Of a stretch of 64,000 nt of DNA, positions 55,337-64,000 are shown in pieces. The translations under genes and the position numbers were made by a program. The DNA is from Eukaryota sp. TZLM1-RC (taxonomy: Eukaryota > Protista > Metamonada: BaSk clade): assembly GCA_040285825.1 (NCBI GenBank), contig JAUPSS010000002.1, forward strand, positions 930,001-994,000, in the 5' to 3' direction. Below the pieces are notes generated by a model that was given only the letters and a program-made list of their open reading frames with translations, was not told the DNA's origin and did no database searches. Each line of letters starts with the position of its first letter. The stretch's first letter is position 1.

Positions 55337-56485
55337 TTATCTGAATGATCTTCCAAAAGAATTGAGAAACTCGTCACCTACAATCAAATCAGTTCTTGAC
55401 CTAGCTTCATCTGTTTCTTTCCTTTTATGGCACCTCGATTGTTGCAGGAGGTCTTGCCTCAATTTGATTGCAGCTTCACGTTCCTCTCTAGCTTTCCTCT
55501 TTTGGAGTATTTCTAACTGTCTCGCTTGCTTGATTAGGCAAGCATCGTGCATGTGTTGCTGCTTCTTAAATTCTGAAATAATTCTCTTCTTCTCATTCAT
55601 TTGATGATCCCTCTCATTCAAAATTCTGGATAGTTCTTCATTATTCATTCCCTTAAAGTTGTAAGGAACTTTTCTATTAGAATTTAAACAAGAAATGGTA
55701 CAATTAGGATCTTCAGTCATTAGTTGAGAATTGACCACAGTTTCTTCATGAATTTGACTCAATTGCTTATCTAAAGCAAGCTCTTCTTGCTTTTTACGAT
55801 GCATTTCATTAGCCAAAGCCATATTGTCACTTAACAAAGACATCATTTGGTTTCTATTTGCCTGATCAGTTTCTTCTTGAAGTCTGTTAACTTCTTGTAC
55901 AATGTCAAGGAGCTTTTGGTCATACATTGCATCCTCAAGGGCTCTCCTTTCAGCTTCCTCCTTCTTTAAATTGACTTGCTCCCTAGTCCATCTTGCCATC
56001 TGTTCTTGTTGCTTCTTGGTCCTTTCATGATGATCAAGATCTTCCCCTTCAAATATAATGGCCGAAGAAGGTCCAATTTGTACACCAGGGTCATTCTTCA
56101 TGAACTTTTCAAAGGCAGAAAGTTCATTGTGTTGAGCTTTACGATTGTTGAGGTCGTAAGTGTCAGACATCTCTGGACGTTGGTGAATCGTCCTAAACTC
56201 ATTGAGATTTTGAAGCAATTCACGTTCTGTTTTGGTTTGTTGAGCGGTTCTGGCAAGGAGTTGACGTTCGAGGGAGAGAAGATGCTTGTCATGAAGAAAG
56301 TCTTCCACGGCTCGAGTGGAAGCCATATTACGGTTTTCTTCAATTTGTTGATCTAAAGCTTGGGTATCAACTCCAATTGATAGAGATTTAGTATCATGAA
56401 TACGTTGAAGTCGTGATTCAGCTAATTCTTGGCGACGTTTAAGAGACTGGGCAGCCTTGGAGTCATTGTTTGAGAGGGTGAACAT
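55337..56485 (-). CDS. RIB43A: RIB43A-family axonemal ribbon protein
   Basis: RRQELAESRLQRIHDTKSLSIGVDTQALDQQ, YDLN, GPSSAIIFEGEDL, MTEDP, FKGM, FGRSFR. Confidence 0.92.
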   Translation of the reverse strand: MFTLSNNDSKAAQSLKRRQELAESRLQRIHDTKSLSIGVDTQALDQQIEENRNMASTRAVEDFLHDKHLLSLERQLLARTAQQTKTERELLQNLNEFRTIHQRPEMSDTYDLNNRKAQHNELSAFEKFMKNDPGVQIGPSSAIIFEGEDLDHHERTKKQQEQMARWTREQVNLKKEEAERRALEDAMYDQKLLDIVQEVNRLQEETDQANRNQMMSLLSDNMALANEMHRKKQEELALDKQLSQIHEETVVNSQLMTEDPNCTISCLNSNRKVPYNFKGMNNEELSRILNERDHQMNEKKRIISEFKKQQHMHDACLIKQARQLEILQKRKAREEREAAIKLRQDLLQQSRCHKRKETDEARSRTDLIVGDEFLNSFGRSFR

Positions 56486-56934
56486 GAGGAACCAGTAATT
56501 TCTGGTAATTTTCACATTAATTTTCTTTAGTGTGGTGGTTCAGCTTAAGCGTGATGTCTATTAGTGTTGAACAGGTGGCATAATGATAAAGAGCTCATCA
56601 ATAAATTGTTGATCAATTGCAAATAAACTTAAATGTACTTACTTAATATATTACTGAACTTACATTTACTTACTTAATATAAATATATATTAACATTCTA
56701 GCATTAATACAAAGAAGATGAAACCAGCTAGTTCCATTGCACAACAAACTGACATTGAGATAACATCTTTTCGGGAAAAATTCTATGTTTGTTATCAATT
56801 TCATTAAGAAACAATTTAGAGGGCAGTGTCATCTTTAAAGTGCATATTATCTTTTGGGTCATATACGATGGACTCTATGTGGGGTAGGACTGACAGTTGT
56901 TGGAGAATGTTGATGAATTGTTACGGTAGGAATG

Positions 56935-57940
56935 TCTATGTTTTGAACGTAATTTGCCTCTTCCACGTATCCTTCCAATTTATACGAATCATTGATGACC
57001 AGAATTCGCTATAGTTCTGTTGATTTTTATGATCAACAAATGTCAAAACCAAGAAGTGCAATTCCACAAGACTTGGACGACCTGGTTCATGAAGAAGGAG
57101 ATTATAGATTAACGACTACTTTTGAACAACAAAAGTTGAACCAAACTCTAAGTTATGTAGACCATTTGAGATATAGGCCTGAATCTTTTCCACAATTTCC
57201 AACTGATGGCTTCAGTAAGCTCCCGAGTACATGGCCTCGGTAATGTTTGTAAATCTTGAACATAATTTGAAATTAAATGATGAAAAACATATTAATCGTT
57301 TCATTAATGTCTATTTTGACAAAATAGATGTGGAAAATGTGTTAGCAGAATGTACAAACTAAGTGGGTACGCAACGCCATTGTCTAATTGTATAGATATA
57401 GACTTCGTCAATTCAAAACCATGTTTTGAGTTGACGGTAGAGATTACTTGAGTTCTTTAAGACTTACATCTGAAAATATTTCAGGCCTTCTTGATGATGA
57501 GTTTTTAGACTTATGTCAACATCATGATATTAGAAACAATGAAGGTGACGAATTCTTTTATGGTCTTATAACACCATTTACTTTTCAAATTCAGAATTTA
57601 GTCACGGATGAAAGTCTGGTTGAAAATATATTTCATGTGGATGTACGTTTTCTGGCAGTGTTGTTGAAAACAATCTTCAAGTATGAGTAAAGAAATACCT
57701 TATTCTCAGTCTCCAATTTCGTTTATTCTCACTCCAAATTCCCAACTGTTCACACCACTATGAATGAGATTACAATAAAGCTACAATATGCAGAAAGAAT
57801 GGTGTGAAAAAGTTGGGAATAGGGAGTGAGATTAGGGCGTCCCATTCTTATAACCAGTAATTAAGATTGCTCAATTTATTGCCAGCAGAGGAGGGAAACC
57901 TTATCACACTACCCCTGTATCACCCAATGTAGGTCCAATG
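56935..57940 (+). pseudogene. Fanzor relic 2: degraded paralogue of the N-terminal half of relic 1
   Basis: Aligns with about 25175-26030 (EGDYRLTTTFEQQKLNQTLSYVDHLRY; IAQFIASRGGK); no RuvC half follows. Confidence 0.8.
57684..57844. mobile_element. About 160-bp fold-back (MITE-like) insertion in Fanzor relic 2
   Basis: Absent from the paralogous site near 25938; internal imperfect 31-bp inverted repeat at 57727-57757 and 57800-57831. Confidence 0.65.
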
Positions 57941-57991
57941 TAGGTTTTTGTTTTAGCATCAAAATAGAATAATTAGATTCAATTTAAGTAG

Positions 57992-59251
57992 ATGTACACA
58001 CCTTTTCTATCTAAATGTTCACGATTAGATCTAAGTTTATTGTCTATAGGGACGTTGCTGTTCATACTCATTGCTTCTTCTTTTGCCTTTTCTTCCCTTT
58101 CCCGACCAATTAACCATACTTTCTTCATCTCATCCTCAATCAATGGTTCATCAGTGGTTCCCCTAGGTGAACTGTTTCGTAAAAACTATTTTCTCCATGT
58201 CCTTGTTACTCCTGTCTCCACTCAACCTTTAGACACTCAATTCCCAGCACATTTAACACTCAATAGCAGATCCAATCAACCAAAATCTTGGGAATCAACT
58301 CACAACTGGCATGTCAAATGCAATGGGTACAGCTGTCAGTCATTCTCTGTGATAAACCTTTTGTATCCATCGGAAGGTGAATATGATCTGTTCCTAGATG
58401 TAAACTTTAATAGTAACCTGTCTTTTAAAGTTGGAGTTTTTTTCGAACAAGAACATGTTTTTTATATTTTTGTGGTGTCAAAAATTGTCTTTTCATCGGT
58501 TTTTGTTTTACTAGTCTCTATGTATGCTTTCAGATATGCTTCAGTAGAGCTCAAGGATCAGTTTTGCACTATCATTATTGGTATTTTCTTTACTGCAAGC
58601 AACCTTTTATCTTTTTTTGCTGATGTTTTTTATTCAGGTAATTCAAACTCAATACTTTTTTATGAGGGCATTTCTTTATTTTGTTCTTATTTTTTGATAT
58701 TTTTTTGGTTTTCTTCTTTAAATTACTCATGTTTAATCAATATTTTTGTTTTGCTTCTACTTGTAATTCCATTTTCCATTCATTTCCTTTATTTGTGTTT
58801 TCAATTAAATTTTTTACTCTACAAACCCTTAGAACCCTTTGGTTTTGACTCCATCACTTTTTCCGTTTTCAACCTTGATTTCCAACAACTTTCTTATATT
58901 TATGTAACAATACTGTTTTTGCTTTTTAATTTTCTGCTTTTTTCAGGAGTCTTTTTGCTATCAAAGTTTTTAGTTCCAATCAAGCTCTCAGTCAGCGATT
59001 TCAAATGTTCTATTTGGAATAAGTCTTGGTCAGTTGGCTTGTCTTTGTTCTTTCTTTGTTTTGTCTTTGTTGATTTATTTCAACAAGTTCATTATCCGTT
59101 TTCTGGTCTTTCATTAACTCTGTTTATGAGTGTTGTCGTCAACACTTTTGTGGTCGTTTTGTTGATCTTGTATCTTCCTGTTAAAGATTCAAATCCTTAC
59201 AATGCTGCTCTCATTAATGAAGAGTCACTATATAACAACTCTGGAGTGTAA
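57992..59251 (+). CDS. Multi-pass membrane protein, TMEM181/Wntless-like
   Basis: N-terminal TM helix, luminal C-x4-C loop (HVKCNGYSC...LLY...YDL), about 7 further TM helices ending NTFVVVLLILYLP. Confidence 0.6.
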   Translation: MYTPFLSKCSRLDLSLLSIGTLLFILIASSFAFSSLSRPINHTFFISSSINGSSVVPLGELFRKNYFLHVLVTPVSTQPLDTQFPAHLTLNSRSNQPKSWESTHNWHVKCNGYSCQSFSVINLLYPSEGEYDLFLDVNFNSNLSFKVGVFFEQEHVFYIFVVSKIVFSSVFVLLVSMYAFRYASVELKDQFCTIIIGIFFTASNLLSFFADVFYSGNSNSILFYEGISLFCSYFLIFFWFSSLNYSCLINIFVLLLLVIPFSIHFLYLCFQLNFLLYKPLEPFGFDSITFSVFNLDFQQLSYIYVTILFLLFNFLLFSGVFLLSKFLVPIKLSVSDFKCSIWNKSWSVGLSLFFLCFVFVDLFQQVHYPFSGLSLTLFMSVVVNTFVVVLLILYLPVKDSNPYNAALINEESLYNNSGV

Positions 59252-59299
59252 TTATTGTTTAATTAAAAGTAAATTGTTTATTGTAATTATTGATGTAAA

Positions 59300-59990
59300 T
59301 AGAGATTTTCTTCCACATTGTTTCAGTGATTTGAACCAGATTTTTGATAACTTGTTCTCCAACTTTATACCTCCCAACACAAAGTAGTTGAACCTTCAAC
59401 AAATGGGTTGTTTTGCAGGCATTTGTTACGAAGCTGCAACAAAGAAAATCAGAACCCTTTGTGCAAGGAATAAGTCTAATTTGCAACAGCACTTTGCCGA
59501 AGTACTGAAAAAGATGAAAAAAGGATGATAGGTGAAGATGAAAAAGAAAGAATCATTTGGAGTCCCCAATAACTACCAAATGAAAAGAGAGACGATCCCG
59601 AAAGAGCCTCAACAATTTTCACAGGCTGTCTGGACATCCTGAAAAACTCTACCTTGCTGTGGGTTCTGCTATTTTCCCATCTCATTGCCGAAAAATCAAT
59701 CGAAATGGATCAGCAAGGGCTTTTAGAAAATGGTTGTGTTATCAAAAGGACGTGAAGCACTTGCCAACCAGTGAATTCAATACAAGCAAATTGTCCAGTT
59801 GTTGCATGGCCGAGAATATTCAAGCAGGCTCATGGCAGATGCGTATTTGTACTGAATGTCAATTAGTATATGACAGAGATATTTCCGCTGCAAAAAATAT
59901 TAAAATTAAGAAGAAAGCTTGAATTGTGGCCGGAAAGATACATTTGCCCAGAAGCTCTGTTGATGAGATGAATGGGGAACCTAAGGATAC
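59300..59990 (+). pseudogene. Fanzor/TnpB relic 3: C-terminal RuvC-II, zinc finger and RuvC-III fragment
   Basis: AVGSAIF...SEFNTSKLSSCC...RICTEC...DRDISAAKNI; the upstream part is eroded and the left boundary is approximate. Confidence 0.8.
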
Positions 59991-62619
59991 AGAAACAGAA
60001 ACTTTGGAAAAACTGTTATTTTATTTTGAGTTTTCTATTTTATTTTTAATTTTTTTGAAAAACAAATGCCTTATTAGCATTTGCTAGATCCACTTAGATA
60101 CATCAAGTCGCGAGGCTTTGTTCTGTGAAAGCAGCAGGTGTATTTAAGTGAGGTAGCCCATTGATGAAGATCATGATTGTCTTTGTCAAATGACGCTACA
60201 TGTCTTTTACAGCCTGTGAGTAGACATTGAGAATGTTGAAAACAAGAGTGAATTTCAAAGGGAATTGCATGATAAGTGAAATTCACAGTAGCATAAAACC
60301 ACACAAAGACCATACTTTTCAAAATCAGAATCTTTTAGAATCACGTACTAAAGTGTTTATTTAACTTTTTGTCAACATTTCTTATTTTAATAGAAGTAAG
60401 AAGTTGTAAATAAACAAAATTTTATTGTTGACTGACTGATCTTTTCTCGACTGTCACGCCCACTGCACTGATGACTATAACAGTGGCGGCATCTGTTAAT
60501 ACCTTCTTCTCTCCTGTAGTCCAGTCGGAACTGGAGAGTCAGCTTACGAATAAGCAACGTATTGCAGTACTTGCTACTAGGCTGACTCGACTTCTTGTCC
60601 TACAGCGCCCGGACCTGAGCAGTTGGCTCACACTGCAGCAGTTCTGGGAACTGTGTTGTGATTTTGTGATGTTTTCGGTGCCTCAAAACCAACAGCCCTT
60701 CGTTAGGGAAACTGTTGTTTAGGACACTCTTTTTATTCTGTCGTCACGCCCGAGTTGGCCTTTCCCACCACTGTGCTCATCAAGCCGCCGTACTAAAGGC
60801 CGAGGGTTTCACCCGTGGTGTTATTCCTCTTTTGTTTCTGCGACAGCTTGTCGATTTGCGGAAGCGCACCGCCGTCATTTGACAGATAAACTGGTGTGCA
60901 AAAAACTTCTTTGCAATGTGCTTCCGTTGCTTGGGGTGTCCAGCAACCAGAACCTATGCCTCTTGTGTCTTTCGCTCAGCAACATTCTCACCTATAGTAG
61001 CCGCTTTGCCAACCAGTATCATGAGTTTATCAGCGCCAGATAAAAGCTCTGCTAGACATCAGTGGTGATGTGTCCAACAATAATCACTTGTGTATGACCT
61101 TTGAGCGTATCTTTTAGAACCTGTGATGCAACTATCCAATGAGGTTGCTGCTTTTGTCTTCCGTTGTGGCTTAACTATACTGTCATTCCTGGAGGGTGTC
61201 TCGCCCGACAGTATGAAAAGAAAGCCTTGTCTCCCATCGCGGGTTATGGCACATGCTTTGTGACATTAAACAAACAAACTTTCTACGCTTGTGCTTCTAA
61301 AAACCATGGCGGTAGCTCCTGGTGTGCCCTTACCGCTATTTCGGCTTATCTCGGGACAGATACCCAGAATACTCTGTGGCCACTGACGGTGTGAGCTTGT
61401 GTTTTCCATTTTCACGCACCGTCAAGCCAACTCGTAAAGGCGCACCAAAATAGAGGTGAGAAAAGCCCGAGCTGCAGGCGAAGCGGAGGACTTTCACGGC
61501 TCTAAAACCAAACGTTCCAAGACGATACAGCAGAAAGTCAGCAGGCGCAGAAGACCAGAAATGCCTCCCAGTCAGCAACAAAGGCCTGTCCAGACTGCCA
61601 ACCCTTTCTTTGTGGCCATGAACCCCAATCACAGTAATCTAGTGGGTTAGGCAGATGGTCAAGCCTGTGGGCCACTCAGATCAGGCATTGTCTTATCACC
61701 AAAGCCTCGCTCCATGACAATTCCTCCTCCGTTGAGCCAACTGACTCCAAATTGTTATTTCGTTCAGGGCCCTTATCAGTATTTGGTTGCAATGGCAACA
61801 AAGTTGGTCGATGTTACTCATCCTGCTGAAATAAGACAGTGGCTTAATATGAATCCTGGAAGAGATAACACTGAAAGACAAAGTTTATTGTACCACAAGC
61901 TACATCAAGGAAAAAGAAAAGCTATACGCCGTCTATAAGCCAGTTTGGGTTTTACTTTTTCACCCCAACCACTTTCTACCCAATGCCTCTGAAGTTCAAT
62001 TTTCTCCTACTTGGCTTGGATATTGTTCAGTTACACAGTCACGCTTTCGAAGACACAAAGACTAGAGCAGTTAACACTTGTCTGTTTCTAAATGCATTTC
62101 AACAAACAATTGCAAGATATCTATTTGTTTAAGAATCTGTATATACACATAAATTTTCTTTATTTACCTCAACTGATTGGCTAATCAATAGGTTAATGAG
62201 TAATAGGTAATTCTCAGTAATGGTCACAATACTTTTCACGTTGTGGATGTTTTTGGGACCAAGACAACAGTTTAAATCCTTCAATTTTAAGCAGCATCCA
62301 TTAGTAATGAGCATCACAATTTTGATACTGAACAAAAGCATTGTTTTCTTTATTCTAAAACCGATATTCACCAAGCAGAACCAACAACAAACTCTCATTA
62401 AATGCACTACTATGTGATATTATACAAAACTGTCGTAATTTATGATTCAAAAATAATTTATGTGATGAATAAAGTTCAATTGAAGAATTTCTGGCTGAAC
62501 ATCTACATCAAATAATTCGTATTCTTGATGAAACGAGACTGCGCTTCTTCTATCATCATTTCCAATCTATTGTCGAAAAACCTCCATTAAAAAATGTAAA
62601 AAAAGGAATAAATAAAACA

Positions 62620-64000
62620 ATGAAGGACCATGACAAGCGTACTTTGATTTCTAAGTGTGTTCACAATAACCACTTAGCTACTTTCAGAGGAACATCCTTC
62701 CTTAAATTTTTTTTGCTGTGTCAATATGAAAATACTGAGTATAGGAAATTAGAGATTGATTTGATGAATGGTTGTGATTTTGATGCCTTTCAGATTAAGA
62801 AACATTTTCTCCAAGCGAAACTGCGTATTTAATGCGTGGAGACGACTATGATGTGTATTTCGATTTTAATGATTTCTGAATTCAATTACCAGATTTAAGC
62901 GCAATACTTTCCAAAGAATCAATTAAATTAGTTTTAAGGCGGATGTATGTTGAGAAATCAAACGAAAATATTTCAGATTTGGAATTAGCAAAGATTGAAG
63001 CTAAAATAGTAATTAAAGATATGGATATTTCGAATTACCCTTTGAAACAGAGAATTAGTTTTAATTACCTGAATTTTTTTATCCAATTGTACAAGCTCTT
63101 GAAAATGAGCTTGGTCAAAGAAAATTTCAATTTCCAGATAATAAATCAATGAATTGAGTTTCGCACTACACATCCAAACAAATTGCCATTAATTATGGCA
63201 ATAATCTAAGCAAGCACTTCCATGAATATATTTTGCGCTGGTTAAACATTATCACCTTGAAGAAGTTCCGACCAGAACAAATTCAGGAAAACCATTTGAA
63301 GAAAGAAGTATTGACTGAACTCAACAAAGTCAGGGAAGCCATTATCGGTGGAAACTTTGATGAACTTCCTATCAATGATCACATTGCTTTTCCTTTTCCC
63401 CAGTCAGAGTTGACTTTCAAGTTTTTTCCTTATGTGAAACATTGTTTAATTCCCACTTTTATTAAGGGTAAAAATCTTAATTATACTCAATCAGCCAAGC
63501 CATTGCAATTTTTCTCTCATGCTATAAATATTAACAGAAGCATTCAATCATTCTGTTCCCAGGATGGCAAACTTTTGTCAGTCAGTAATCCTTTTCCATT
63601 GACAACTACATTAATTCCACAGCATATAAGACTCGATGCTCATTGCCTCAATGAAATATTTAGCAAGTTCAAAGGGAGAGCAGATGACATCAGATCATCA
63701 GTTTTTACCGAAATACTAACTGATATGGGATTAGATTCATACAAACGTGAGACTAAAGGTTGCTTTCATTTGAAATTCTCCTCAAATGCAACAGACGGGA
63801 TTGCTTGTTCAGTGGTCTTAATTCGTAAAGACCTGGTTGATGAAAATGGGAATGTTTTCAAAAATTTTACTTCCAAAACGTACCCAGAACGATACATTCC
63901 TTGCTGAAAATGTCGAAAAGTTGAAGTTAAAAAAAGAAAAAAGAAAAAAGAAAATTGGAAAAATGGAAAGTACAATTACCTGATGGTGATTACTCAGGTC
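62620..64000 (+). pseudogene. Fanzor1-like relic 4: N-terminal half, frameshifted, runs off the window
   Basis: FLKFFLL; YGNNLSKHFHEYILRWLN; FPLTTTLIPQHIRLDAHCL; ATDGIACSVVLIRKDL. Confidence 0.75.

Overview
AT-rich, gene-dense eukaryotic DNA, probably from a flagellated protist (RIB43A is present; genes are nearly intron-free, with two 31-34 nt GT-AG introns). About half of the window is mobile DNA. Host genes: GID8, a triple-bromodomain protein, alpha-COP, TMA46/ZC3H15, an FHA-like/AT-hook protein, a syntaxin, an NSE3/MAGE-like protein, QTRT1, a GH47 mannosidase, a helical/coiled-coil protein, CNOT10, RIB43A and a TMEM181-like protein. Mobile DNA: four Ty3/gypsy-type LTR retrotransposons, one of them a 16.5 kb nest hosting another LTR element, a pogo/Tigger remnant and a non-LTR element; eight pieces of RLE-type (CRE-like) non-LTR elements; four Fanzor relics; and a non-autonomous hAT element. 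The most unusual signals concern the LTR elements. The three with a recognisable 5' LTR have unrelated LTRs and no canonical tRNA primer-binding site, but all carry a self-complementary 12-14 nt motif across the LTR/leader junction. The one with an uninterrupted ORF has about 500 extra residues of unrecognised sequence between RNase H and integrase. All protein calls come from motif recognition by eye; no searches were run.
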